Of a DNA stretch of 64,000 nt, positions 20,656-64,000 are shown piece by piece; positions within the stretch are counted from its first letter, which is position 1, and each line of letters opens with the position of its first letter. The notes under the pieces are model-generated. The model did no database searches. It was not told where the DNA came from and saw only the letters and a program-made list of their open reading frames with translations. Source of the DNA: Antedon mediterranea (Eukaryota; Animalia; Echinodermata). The stretch spans positions 29,757,648 to 29,821,647 of the forward strand of contig NC_092673.1 in NCBI RefSeq assembly GCF_964355755.1. The letters are read 5' to 3'. The position numbers and the translations under genes were made by a program.

Positions 20656-22941
20656 ATTAATTTTTAAGCTTCAGATCCTTTCAATATTTCTGTTCATAAC
20701 AATTGAACATTTTTATAATTAGACATTTTCACAAATTTTAATTTTCTGACTGTTGGGTAAAAGACTAGTAAATGCAATATAGCGAATTATCAATTATATT
20801 TTCCTGTTCTATAGTTAAATTTTTCTGATTTGTGTAAAATGTAAAATGCTTGAAATTTTTATGTCAGGCAATATATAAGACAACCATTGTTATTATTAAT
20901 ATTATTATTATTTGCTTTTAAATGTATATTTTATTTAAATTCAATATTTAATTCACAGGCTTGTTTTGAGATGTATTAAATAGCATCTTTGAATGTGGTA
21001 GTGTATGACTAGATGTATAATAGTAATACTGTACAATTTAGGATGAAAACTAGGGAAAAGAAAAAATGTATAGTTGCTAATGAATTTGATAATTCTGTAG
21101 TAACTAAATCATAAATAAAACAACATTAATTCCATTTAGTTTCAATTATTATTGAAAATAAACATTTTTAAAAACATGTATTAATACTTGCTTAAGTGAC
21201 ATCTTACGGTAACATTCACTGTAAATAAAAAAGATCTAAAACATCATTGTAAATAAAATCATTATTTAGAAAATAAATACTAAAAAAATAAAATTGAAAA
21301 AAAAGTATGTTTGATATGAAGAAAATAATAATACAGTACTAATACTCACTACAGAATAATGATATTGTAAATCTGTACGATGGATGTTACCATCATATTT
21401 CTTTTTACATTATATTTTAACAAATAACAGCTACAGTAACATTTGATTATAAACACATTATTCTAAATTAAAGCTTTATTTATATAATTTACTATAAGAA
21501 TTGTATTATAACATTATAACAATTAAACAGTTTATGTTATCATGATCTGGATATGTTTGACTTTTATAAAACTGTGTATGGGGTGCCAGAAGTGTCAAAA
21601 TTATATTACATCAATTTACCATACATTTGATAAACTATTAAGTTGCTTAAGACACCCTAACGCAACTTATATTTTGTTCTGAAATATTAAATTTTAACAT
21701 TTATAAATAAATAAGACATTTTATTTAGTAATATATTGTTTAGCGATTTCAACATTAGATTGAAAATAATCTTACCAAAAATATAAATAAATCTTTCAAA
21801 ATTAAACAATAAAATCAGTCTTTGGCTATACATTTAGTTTTCTGTTCTTTTGACTAAAAAAGAATAATATTGTGTAAGTATAATTATGAAGTATGATTTA
21901 TTAAAAAGAAAAACAAAAAGATTTGAATAAATATCAATATATATATATATATATATATTGAAATTTGATATGTACAAAGAAAATAAAGGAATTGTCAGTC
22001 AATTTAAAAATTAATTTTAGGTTTTGTACCAATCACAACAAATAAAATAATGTACACTATGTTGTTATTGACCCTCCTAAATTAAAAACACACATTTATA
22101 TGTGGTCATATAAACAATTAATTTGATGTGATGTGCCTTTCCAAAATTCATAATTTGATAATGATATTTTTAGTAGTATGTATGAGTTAAAAATATAGGT
22201 TGAAATAAACATTGAATAAAAACATTAACAAACATAACAAATACAGTAATTGAACCCTAAAGCACAACCCTAGCTAAACTTTCTTTTTTACTATTGCACA
22301 ATGTTGGCATGTATAAACATTTTAAAATTAGAATTAAACAAATTCGTTTCAGTAAGTAAATTGATTAAAATACAAAAATTACAGATAAATTATGGAAGTG
22401 TTTTTGTTAATAATGGATTTTAAAATTTAAATTAAAACAAACTCCTAGAATAAAACAATTGATTTTAATTAACATTAGAGTGTTTTAAATAGTTTAAACA
22501 CAGACAAGATTTTTAGAATATGTTATTAAAATACACAATATTCACTGCATTTGATATCTTATCCATTTAAACAAACAGTGTATAATACACAAATTCAATT
22601 GGAGGGATGCTTTTTTTAAATGTTTGCAATACACAGAGGTGGCAGTAGGGGTCAGTAGGGTTCAAGGGGAGAAGGCATTTAATAGCTTAATTATGGAACC
22701 ATACTACAGGGGTCTGGGGCCACTTATTGATTTAATTCATCATAAATCAATAAATAAAAGAGGCCCTATTAAGTTGGCAATGCCATAATCTTAAGAACAA
22801 AAACTGCCTGTCTGACACTAACCCTGATGTAAATGGATGCGAGAACAAAATGTTTGCGTTACCACCTCCTGCACTAGGCTGTCATTACACGACCAAACTA
22901 GGTGCCTTTGTGATGCTACTGGAAGCTGTGAAAGGTATGTA

Positions 22942-52976
<30,035 letters not shown>

Positions 52977-53338
52977 TTTTTCTTGGTTGTTGTTTTTTTT
53001 TTTGTGAAAATCTCTTTCGTGTTTTTTTAGGAAGTGACACTAAAAAGAATGAAAATCATTCTCAAAACAAACAATTTATTCCACTTTTAGCATGTCTTTA
53101 ATGATCAAATTCATCTTTAAAAAATGCATAAAGTTCTTATTTAGCATATTCAACATTTTAAAAATGTTACTTGAGTGTGTTTGAAGGCATTAAAAAAAAT
53201 AATAAGGTACTTTATTATTATAATTGAAGACGACTTTCAGTGTAAAGATCATCGTATTTCGCGCGCGAAACTCAACAATAACAAACACAGTTCTTCCTCT
53301 TTCTCCCCGAATACTGTATTAATTAATAAAAATTGATA
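52977..53338. promoter_or_regulatory. Bidirectional promoter between TNKS and GINS4 with a palindromic double E2F site
   Basis: 362 bp separate the divergent ATGs. TTTCGCGCGCGAAA at 53257-53270 gives TTTCGCGC on both strands. Confidence 0.75.
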
Positions 53339-55616
53339 ATGGTAAACATATCTGATGATGATTTTGATGAAAATCTTAGTGATGAAGAAGATGAAGAAGT
53401 TGAGATGACAGCGGCAGATTTACTTACAAAATTAAAAGAAGTATGCCTCGGCTTTAGAGACAAATTGTAGGCTAGGCTAGTGAGATAGAGAGAGAGAGAG
53501 GGGTAGGCTAGAGCTAGCCTAGCTAGTAGAAAGAATAGACAGACTACTTAGCCTCCTACCTAGCTAGGCCTATAGGGGGTCTCCTAGGCCTGCCAGCTAG
53601 AGATCTAGCCTAGCTTAACTTTACCTTTAATGTTCTTCCATTTTTATTTTATGATAATAATATATTTTATTATAATACATACAAATATTTATAATTTTCT
53701 TTATATTTTTAGGCATGGCAAAACGAAAAATTTGCTCCTGAATTGCTGGAAACAAAAATAGAATTAGTGGAATGTATGCTGGAACAATTAAAGCATATGG
53801 AAGATAATATTAAAAGCTGTAAAAAGGAAGATTTTAGGATTATTCTTCATAGAATAGAGGTATAAATATTCATGAATCATATACAATGATAAAAAAAATT
53901 GTGTGCAAATGTTGTAGTAATGTTAACTTAATGATTTATTTTTGGTACCGTGAATTCTTCCAAAACCAAAGGGTCCTCAATTCTGTATTACTATTATTTA
54001 TTGATAAAACACATTGGAATTGATTTTTGAGATATTAGTCCAGTACAGGGAGAATTGACTGGGAACAATTAGTGCTATTGTATAGTAAGAAAAATCGGAA
54101 ATAATATACAATGGATATTTATTTCAGATTGATCGAATAAGATATGTGATTAGCAGTTACCTTAGAATACGACTTCAAAAGGTAAGTAATCTTTGTTCTT
54201 AATGATGTTCTTTCATATTGTATCTCTTAAGCTCTAAAAAATGTGATATGAACATGATGTGCATATACAGTATTTGAACATGATGATGTCATATTACAGT
54301 ACTACCATATTTGGGCATATCACACTTTTTTTGTTAAACTAGTTAGATAGTGTAAACAGAGCTTTATGTAAATTTTTTGTTAACAGATAGAAGAATATGT
54401 AGAACACATACTGGAAAACGAGAGGAAGCGTAAAGAGGATGAGCCATCGTGTTTGTCACCCGAGGAGATGACGTATGCTAAAGAGTGAGGGGTTTTCTTA
54501 ATAATGTCATTTCTGTATTGGAGATGGAGATTCAATCAATGAAATGTTATTCTACTATTACAACATATAACATCACTTGCACACCATTCTGCCCACAGGA
54601 AGAACTGCTTTAACATACTTTTTGTTTATTTCTTTTAGATTTTCTGAAAGTCAAGAATTGCATTTCAAATCAGTTGTATTAAACCATGCACCTCCAAATT
54701 TACAAGGTCTAGAAAAAGAAAAAACAGGTAAGAAACAATTACTTGAAACAATTATTATGATTTCCATGTTGTTTTAAGCTGTTAGGTTTAAATATTAACA
54801 TATTTTTATTGTCTGCTTCTATAGTTTTTGCTCCAAAACCAAATATGGATTCTTATGTTTTTCTGCGAGTTAATGAAGCTCAGGATCAAGTCCTTGTGGA
54901 AGCTGAAACAGATGAACAACAGTAAGTTAGCAATACAATGTCATCATTGTATTGATCAAAGAAAGCTCTGTCTACACTATTAAATTTTATGTGACCAAAA
55001 ATTGTGATGTGCCTATACTGTAAACCCCAACATTTTCACGCGCCCTTTATATTCGCCGACCGAAAATCCTAGCTAGGCCCAGCTAGGGCCCTACTCAGGG
55101 CCCTACTCAGCCTCGCTCAAAACAATGAAGAAATTCCTCGTATTATGTGACAAGGAAATGTGATGTGCCCGTATATGGACATGATGTCATATCACTACCA
55201 TATTTGGGCACACTACACTTTTTTCAAACTAATTTGAGAGTGTAGACAGAGATTTAAGTGACTATAAAATATATATTAACCTCTGGACATTCCAAATACT
55301 TGACAGTAGGTGTCTGTTAATGTGAATGTATTTATTTTATTATTTATTACTAAAGATTGCATGGTGTTTCATTTGTAAGTGTGTAGAGAGTTTAACATCT
55401 CATCTGAAGGATGGTGTCCTATTAAGCAAAATAACCAAATTTATTCTTTTTAAAGGCTTTTAGCTAACTTGTTGCAGTTTTTCTATTTGTTTTATTATCT
55501 TTATTGTTTTCGTTCACAGGGCAGATGTTGTTGACTTTGAAAGAGGGTCACAGCATATAATGAGGTACAAACCAATAGCTGAGTTGGTGGCAAACAACGC
55601 ATTTTCACTCATATAA
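53339..55616 (+). CDS. GINS4: DNA replication complex GINS protein SLD5, 7 exons, ~227 aa
   Basis: Exons 53339-53440, 53713-53859, 54128-54181, 54387-54484, 54639-54727, 54825-54921, 55520-55616 (684 nt, consistent phases). Motifs AWQNEKFAPELL, RIRYVISSYLRIRLQKIE, LSPEE, PKPNMDSYVFLRV and GSQHIMRYKPI. Not in the ORF track as a whole. Confidence 0.93.
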
Positions 55617-55626
55617 ATATCTGTCA

Positions 55627-55763
55627 AGCTCTGTCTACACTATCAAACTAGTTTGACAACAAAGTGTGATGTGCCCAAATATGGTAGTGATACGACATCA
55701 TCATGTCCATATATGGGTACATCTCATTTTTTTCACATAAAGTTTGATAGTGTAGACAGAGCT
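55627..55763. mobile_element. Short MITE in the GINS4 3' UTR (same family as 26707)
   Basis: Near-perfect TIRs starting 10 bp after the GINS4 stop codon. Confidence 0.85.
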
Positions 55764-57103
55764 TTATATTATAAATGTACACTTGATATACATTGCCTAT
55801 ATTTATATAATAATGTATAAAATGTAAATATGAAATGGTTTTAAACCATTTAGTAGGCAATTCTAAAAAATTGTTGTATCATTTTCAATAAAGCTGGAAG
55901 ATTCAATTATCTTTTTATGTAATTTAATAAAAAAATCAAATACAAGATGAAGTGCTATTAATTTTTATTTACAACTACAAATTAACATTCATCTTATTCA
56001 AGTATTAATTTATTATCACAGATAACATTTTACAATTGTAGTTATTAAGTAATAATTGAATGTTCACACAACAAGTCACAATAAAGGACATTATCTCATT
56101 TCTTGTACAAAGTACATCCACCTGCGCTGCCTACAATAATGATTATAAGCCGTCAGGTGCTTTCCATTTACAATTTAATTAATATTCAATAATAATCTTT
56201 ATGTACTTGTGTATTCAGGGAAGAGTTAAATTACTCTTCCCTGGCTGATGTTTGTCCCCTTTTCAGAATTCTCGTTTTCGTATTTTATATATTCTCTTCA
56301 AAGCGACTGTTGTAAGCGTTAATTTTTTTTAAACAAGTTAATGTACGTTAATACTAATATACCTGATATACTTTTTAATAAATGGCATTACTAATATTAA
56401 TTTAAATACAATAAACAATATCGATTTGCAAACTTCATTTTATATTACACTTTCAATTTCAACTATCTAAATAAACTACAATATTTTCGATTGTAAACTT
56501 AACCTTCAATATTTCCGGTTTATCGTGAACGTTTCCGATTTATCGTGGACTGTATTTATCCGAAATCTAGGTCATAATTTGAGAATGTGCCAAATAATCC
56601 AGAAGCTGATAACCCACTCATCCATCCTTTCTGTGTAGCCACGAACGTTTACAACTATCGGGGATAAATACAAGATTTCCCTATAATCACCTTAGGACGT
56701 AACATTGCACGAGAAAACGAGCGTGCATTAGTACATTGACGCCATGTAAATTAATAACCTTTGAAGGAATATTTATATTACGTCGATAACAATAATGAAC
56801 ACTATAATTACTATACAATCATTTCGTGCAAAAAGTTCGAAGTATTTGTTACTACAGTACTATTGAAAGTATATGATTGGTTCCCGCTTGGACGCAATAA
56901 TGCACGCGGACGTACACGCAACGCAAGTGAGTTGGCCAATCACAAGCTTAACTACACAATATATTAAACCGACGTAAAAATGCAGTGTCTTGATTGGTTA
57001 ACATTCTTGTTTATCATTCCCAGGGTCCTCGGTTCAAATCCACTGTTACACACACAGTACAGTAGGCCTACTTTAAAATCAAGTCAAGAAATAGTGCAAC
57101 TTA

Positions 57104-57266
57104 ATCTTTGTCTACACTATCAAACTATTATGTGACAAACAAATGTAATATGCCCATATATAGACATGATGATGTCATATCACTACCATAGTTGGACATA
57201 TCACTACCATATTTGGGCACGTCACACTTTTTGTTATCAAACTAGTTTGATAGTGTAGACAGAGCT
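57104..57266. mobile_element. Short MITE (same family as 26707)
   Basis: TGTCTACACTATCAAAC...GTTTGATAGTGTAGACAGAGCT. Confidence 0.8.
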
Positions 57267-58302
57267 TTAACCTTGGTTTTTGATCAACTAAAAAGAGAGG
57301 ACGTTTGACCACTCAGAAATAAGATAAACAGTTACGCTATAAAAATACCACCATTTTAGATACTGTTAAGTATCTATTAAATAAATAAAGTAAATTCATT
57401 AGGTGAACTTTAACAGTTACTTAGTTGACTTTGAGAACACATTTGGTTGGAGTTTTAGTTAAATGTACCTTGAAGATGACCGATGACAACGATTGGTTGT
57501 GGAATCTTTCAGATTACTCCAATAGTTAATATATCTTTAAAAACATGTTTGTTTAATACTGTATTTATGTTTAGTACGTCATTTCGAAGCCTATTATACC
57601 AAACATTAAAATACATGTACAGTTTGTGAGCTGCTTATCGGTAAACAATTAATGAGATCATACTGTTCGTTTCGTTTATATCGCTAAATCCAGGTTGGCA
57701 AATGAGTTTACGAGTCAAAAGTTAACGCCGAAAATAATCAGTAAACGCATTTTGCGTCACAAACGATTTAACGACATCTCATTTGTTACAAACGAAAATT
57801 GTACATAATACGCTACCTTTATAATGCCGATTTATTTAACGCTTTTTCAATTGAATTTGTTCCAATTATCAAATTATTGCTGCAAAAACCATTATACAAA
57901 TTAGGCTACAAATCGATGTTTTGATGAATTTTAATAAAATAACATTTATCTCGAGCAGACGACAATGTATAGTTCGGTAGCACATGACTCATACACAGTA
58001 GTCACGCACATTTGCTCAAACAACATTCAATTCTGCAGGCGTCAGTGTAGTAGTTCACTATTTAAACTATTGTCCTTCTAATTTTGTTGAAACATTTTTA
58101 AACGAGACATTCTTTCTTAAAACAGCCTACCAAGTACTCCTAAAGTGTCTTTCATTCAATAAATTTAACGTGCGCAGCATTTTTAACAATGAGCATTTTT
58201 ATTCACTTAACTATCCAATATTTCAAAAAAGCCTTTCACCAAATTTAATACAATAACAAATAGTGAATACTTTCCACAAATGTTGTTTACAGTACAGTCC
58301 TT

Positions 58303-58716
58303 TCAAATCTTTTTGAAGATGCGCGTACACTTGACGTCATCTTTAATACATTGTACCATCATATCGCCAGACTCTAGAATTTCTCTGATAATTCGATGTG
58401 GTTTATTCTGATTCGGATCAACATCTTCAAACACTAGCTTATTACGGCCCATCCAGTTAACGATTACGACGCGTTTCTCACACGTTGGCGAGATATCATC
58501 AAACGGTTCACCAACACTAAACTTCTGAATGTGCACTCCAAGAACCGGTACCACCATTTTAATTACAAAATTGTCACCAGACTGTTGAATGTCGCACGTT
58601 GGGGACATTACTACCGCTGTTTTGCGGACGTTTTCGTTAACACCCATCTTCACCATATATTCATCAAAGTTGTCGCTTTTGCAGAGTTGGTATTTTCCCG
58701 AGAAGTCAGCTGCCAT
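58303..58716 (-). CDS. Fatty acid-binding protein / intracellular lipid-binding family protein, intronless CDS, 137 aa
   Basis: MAADFSGKYQLCKSDNFDEYMVKMGV (iLBP GxY/W...NFDEYM signature), F.VGEPFD, and C-terminal VKCTRIFKK. AAAATGG start context, TATAAA on the minus strand near 58933-58938, AATAAA near 58200. Confidence 0.88.
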   Translation of the reverse strand: MAADFSGKYQLCKSDNFDEYMVKMGVNENVRKTAVVMSPTCDIQQSGDNFVIKMVVPVLGVHIQKFSVGEPFDDISPTCEKRVVIVNWMGRNKLVFEDVDPNQNKPHRIIREILESGDMMVQCIKDDVKCTRIFKKI

Positions 58717-59324
58717 TTTGTTAATGAATGTAATATTGTTTTTAAAAATTGAAGATATTAAATTGTTTGTTGTCGAAGTAAAAAGCTCACCAGGTGTTGT
58801 GTATCTGTATTCGTCGACAGTGGGTTGTGTGTGTGAGCTATTCAATAGTGATTGTGTTCTTTTCAATGCGGTAAAGAAAACGTAATCCACGCAGAATCTA
58901 TACAAGAAATAACTAAATCCGTATGATTCATATTTATAAGAAGGGACCTGAACTATTGATTTCACAATCTCGCAAAAATCACTCTTATTACGACAAAGGC
59001 AATTTACTACACCCGCCATCCACAATTGATCGCCTGCCGAATGTTATTTTAACAATGCATTCTCAAGATATTCATTACCATCAATTGAATACACTTGTAC
59101 AAATTGTTTTATTCTCCCTGATCGTGGTCATGTACTTTTCCCATCGGGAGACGTACATCATATTAAACCCTCTGGCTATGTTTCGTGCACTTTTCACGTC
59201 AAAAGACTAGACTGATCATGAATATTAGTCATCTTATCCATAATATTAAAATGTGCATAATTCGAACACAAAGCCGAAAAGCAACGTTGTTCGATTTACA
59301 GACCCCAATATGCAACATCTCATT

Positions 59325-59435
59325 TGACCAATCACAATCGATGAATTATTCGAACTGTCGCTTGTCATTGGTCAACTCGCTTGCGTTGCGTCTACTATGT
59401 CCTTGCGTTGTGTCCTTAGTGGGAACCAAGCTTAA
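59325..59435. mobile_element. Second dispersed MITE-like repeat (partial copy)
   Basis: GACCAATCACAA..GATG.ATTATTC.AACT...CTTGCGTTGC...TAGTGGGAACCAAG recurs at ~61285-61378 and ~62668-62766. The opposite end is at ~56878. Confidence 0.6.
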
Positions 59436-59864
59436 GTGAACAATACGCGCGAATCGAACGAGCTGTGATTGGTTACACCTTTAACTCGCGTAGTGGGAAA
59501 ACAGCTTAATGGTGTGAGATAGTCAAGCGCGCACGAAAATATATCCTTGTTTGATTGAATCAGGGAAGATTAATTGGAATCATAATGGATCTGGTAATTT
59601 GTCCTAAAGCAACCTTAAATTAAGACACGATTGATTGAATGAGACAGACCATTGCCAAATTATTAACAAGTATAAATTGATGAAATATTCGCTTTTTAAT
59701 TATTCTCACTCTCGGTTTGTTAACCGATAAGATTACTTACGATTGGACACTAATTGGGGAGAAAGGGAGAAATGCGTCGTAAAAGTACATTATGGTATGA
59801 TCGCGTGTCCTTAACTTCGGCAAAGATGATGATCAGTAAGACATACGGTAATTCACCATACAGA

Positions 59865-60750
59865 CCCGATAATGATGATATTACGATGATGATGATGATA
59901 GCGATGATATGATGACATTACGACGATGATGATGGTGATGACGATGATAATGACATTACGACGATGATGATGATATTACAACGATGATGATGATGACGAT
60001 GATGACGACGACTATGACGATGATGATGGTGATGACGATGATAATGATGACATTACGACGATGGTGATGATGATGAAAATGATGATGATGGCATTACGAT
60101 GATGATGGTGATGATGACGATGATACTGATGAAATTACGATGATGATGATGATGATGAAAATGATGGTGATGACGACGATGATAACGATGATGATGGTGA
60201 TGACAATGATAATTATGAAATTACGATGATGGTGATGATGACAATGATGATGATGACATTACGATGATGGTGATAATGACAACGATGATGACATTACGAT
60301 GATGGTGATAATGACAATGATGATGACATTACGATGATGGTGATAATGACAATGATGATGACATTCCGATGATAATGATGACGACGATGACTATGACATT
60401 ACGATGATTATGACATTACGATGATAATAATGATGGTGATGATGACGGTGATGACGATAATTTATTACGACGATGATGGTGAAAATGATGACTACGACGA
60501 TGATGATGATGATGATAATGATGCCGATGATGATAATTCATTCCAACGATGATGATGATAACAACACTACGACGATGACGATGATAATGACATTACGGTG
60601 ATGATGATGGTGGTGATGATGATCCTATGATGATGTTGATGATGATGATGACATTACGACGAAGATGGTGATGGTGACCGTGATGATGACGATGATTATG
60701 ATGACATTAAGACGATGATGACGACCGTGATGATGACGATGATGATAGCG
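59865..60750. repeat. Degenerate (GAT/GAC)n microsatellite with recurring GACATTAC punctuation
   Basis: About 880 bp of GAT/GAC/GGT/AAT triplets. The register shifts at each ATTAC, so there is no long ORF. Confidence 0.9.
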
Positions 60751-63429
60751 TATAGGTCTGTGTGTTAATGATATAAGTACAAAACTAAAATCGGTATATC
60801 AGCCATGATACCCTATGTATGTATGTTTTACAAAAAACAAACGTAGCATCAATACATTATTAAATCATTACGTATTAATAATAACACATTCCATATACAA
60901 TTTCTGCATGGTCTGGTAAGAAAAGAGATTAACATAAAATGAAATATCATAGAGTATATTGTAATTGGTCTATTAATAGATATAAGATAATACAAAACAT
61001 TTGAATGCTCAACATTCATACTAACATCTAAACAGACACCACTGGGGAAAAGCAACGGACTCGATTATCAATGACGTAAGCAGTTCATGTGTACCATGAA
61101 TCAGTATCCAGAATGTAATGAAAAAATAAAATCGTATCTTTGGCAACGTATTTTAATGTAAATATATGGCAGGCTTTTATAAATTTGTCAACAAATACGT
61201 TTTAGAATAACGTCCATGACGTCTATTGGTTCACGGTTGGATGGACCGTAACAACGTACGCGCAATGTAACAACGTACGCGCAAGTTGACCAATCACAAG
61301 CGATGGATTATCCAAACTTTCTCTAGTTATTGATCAACTCGCTTGCGATATGCTTCGGTCCTCGTGGGAACCAAGCAATCATCAAAATGCAATGCAAAAC
61401 TTTTGATAAACAAAGAGTTAAAAAAATTGTTTACAACGAAAATTTTCGGAATCGAATTTGCATACGTCATTGTTAATTGAAAACTGCTTATAAAGTAAAA
61501 CTTTAAAAATAACGATCACATTCTTAGATATGTATGCCAATTAATATAATATCACCTATGACCAACTAAACGTCTAAACAAGAGGGCGTTACAGCCTTAA
61601 ATCAAAACCAATCTGGAATGTTTATGGAGTTAATGATTGGTCCATATTGGTCACATGGCACAGATTTTAAATTCCTAATATCTAACTATCACGCATGTGT
61701 AAATTACGGGAGACAGTAACACATATTATAAAAACTTAACAGAAATCTGATACAAATCTCAAAATAGAATATTTTCATTATTAGACACAAAACAATTAGT
61801 ATTAATTAGAATATGCAAGAATGAGGCAACAGTATTCTTAAAAGTGATTAGGTGACCCCTACTGTATCAGGTGACACTCTATCAGGTGACCCTTAGACAC
61901 CCTCCTATCAGGTGACCCCTGTCAAGCAACTCCCTTAACACATATATACATACAATAATTGTGTATCATCTGAATTAGTACCCAATAATTTTAAAAATAC
62001 AATACAATAATAAAAAAATTATTTATAAATGTAACGACGACAAATTATTTGGACAGAAAAAATGGACAAAGCCGAAACCAAAAATTAATATTATCAGCAA
62101 AAAGATAAAAATGATTTTGATTAGGTTAGGCTTACTTCTAATTATCAACCTCCTCAATATCCCTCCTTCCAATATATAACTGTATTGCACATGTCTTTGG
62201 CAAACTAAGAGATGATAAAAACATTTGTTTTGTCCACAACATGAAAAATAATTTTATTTCAGCCAAAGGAGGGCAGTAGACATGATATAGTATCATTGGC
62301 TGGCTAGTGTCAGATGACAACATGTCTCTTAGCAACACTTACAATAGTTAGTACACCTGATATGATACAGCAACACACTTAAGTTGAACAATTTTCTTTC
62401 AAGTAGGCAAGTATGCAAAACAATTAACCATAAGCATCATAGTAAATAGACTAATTACAATAACGGTATGACTAGTACAAAAGGTAAATCTTAAAATTTA
62501 GGCTAAAAGGTTTAAAATATGGGTAAAATTTAAATTTGGCATATTTGAGAGATGGTTTTATTAACAATGTCACTTATTAATTATTTCTGAATCGTATTAA
62601 GACAAATACTTAAGTGGCCCTACAAGACGCATCTCATTAGGATGCAATGAAGCACGATGCAAGCTAGTTGACCAATCACAAGCGATGGATTATTCAAACT
62701 GTCATTTGGCCAACTTGCCTGCGTTGCACGTTCATCCTTCCGTTGCTTCCTAGTGGGAACCAAGTTTAAAAGCAATTCATTTAATATACCTAATAATAGT
62801 TTTTATGGAGAAATTTCCCTTTTAAGGTCGTTTTAGTTTTAATATATAATTTACTTTCTCCAAATTTGAAAGCATATCAGAATTTGCATAGTTTTTACCA
62901 TTTCAGCCAAATAGATTGAATTAGCCTATAGTTAAAACTACCACAAATCATAATAGAACAAATAAACAAACAGACAGACAAACAGACAGTATCAAAAATC
63001 AATGAAAGCTTATGCAAACACTTATTAGTAAAAAAAAACCAGCAAAACTACCTTATCTTCTTAAAAATTGTTTTTATACCCATTATAGCAAAATTTGTAT
63101 CATCATTATTTTCATATCAAATATCACATAATATGTACAATACATTATATATACATATATCATCATCAACAACCATTAACATATATCACATTTCTACCCC
63201 ATAATAATAATACTGATTGTCAATCACTTACAACATTGCATCATGTAAACAAGCCTATGCAAATAAGTACATTCTTAATTTTGACTTAAGATAATTGGTG
63301 GAGAGACTTAAAAAAGACAATTTGTTATAAAAATAAATTTGTGAGTCTTATTACTGTATTTACAGCAGATTACTGATTGAGAAGTGAGGCTTGAGGCTTG
63401 TGAGAGGTGGGATAACGTCAGGAAGGTGG

Positions 63430-63498
63430 TCAACTTTTAGTGTCTTTTCTGTGTACTGGTGGAGAGTATGCTGCCTTCACAGGGAGCGGTGGAGGCGG
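63430..63498 (-). CDS. Possible terminal exon of a minus-strand gene starting beyond the window
   Basis: Strong acceptor TTTTTTCAG followed by a GC-rich stretch (PPPPLPVKAAYSPPVHRKDTKS* in phase 0). The phase cannot be determined. Confidence 0.3.
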   Translation of the reverse strand, partial: PPPPLPVKAAYSPPVHRKDTKS

Positions 63499-64000
63499 CT
63501 GAAAAAAATATATTAGAAAATAAAACACGGAAAAATATTGTTTATCTTTATTTTTCTGCGTTTTATTGTCTTAATTATGCCAAGCAAAACGAATTTTCAA
63601 TTTAAATAAAAAATTTCTTTAATCATTCAACTAATCATTTATATGGAGAACAAGCTAGTAGTCAGATTATTTTTTTCATTAAAAGTGCATAGACAAGCAA
63701 GCACTACATAGACACTACATAGCTATGGCTCACACCCATTAATTTACATATGCCTACACTACAGTAGTAACTTGTAGGTATAATTGCCAAAAAAATCAAC
63801 ATGAGCTAGATAGGCCTGTTTACTGGCACTTCCACTGTATATCGAGTATACAATTTCAACATACTCCAGGGAGAAAAGGGATTCATATGAACACTGCCTA
63901 CTAATTTTTATTAAATGTTTTTTATTTATTCAATGTTCTGCCATATACAATACAAAGAAGACAAAACAATTATAAAAGGCAAGGAAATACCAAACAGGTG

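Noticed and set aside
58717-59025. 103-aa N-terminal extension of the FABP ORF
   Set aside because: Non-ATG start, no iLBP similarity, and it spans the likely TATA box. The ATG at 58716 fits the family start.
59865-60750. Asp-rich biomineralisation protein
   Set aside because: The triplet register shifts repeatedly, bringing TGA into frame. No ORF, signal peptide or splice context was seen.

Overview
AT-rich, intron-containing animal genomic DNA. It is probably from an invertebrate deuterostome such as an echinoderm, inferred from gene structure, repeat types and abundant TAGGCCTA motifs. Left third (1-20.7 kb): a 2.8-kb trimer of a long-TIR element, then a tandem cluster of two-exon TRIM-like (RING/B-box/coiled-coil) genes with three apparently intact copies, one truncated copy and two relics. 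Their second exon encodes what looks like a divergent dynein-light-chain (LC8) fold where other TRIMs carry PRY-SPRY or NHL. Each intact copy has paired NF-kB-type sites just upstream. Middle (22.9-53.0 kb, minus strand): a complete 21-exon tankyrase gene whose 15-kb intron 10 holds a 110-bp satellite and nested transposons. Right: GINS4/SLD5 head-to-head with tankyrase across a palindromic E2F site, an intronless FABP-family gene, MITEs and a GAT-rich repeat. The best candidate for an undescribed system is the possibly NF-kB-driven, rapidly diversifying TRIM-LC8 family. All exon and repeat coordinates were read by eye.
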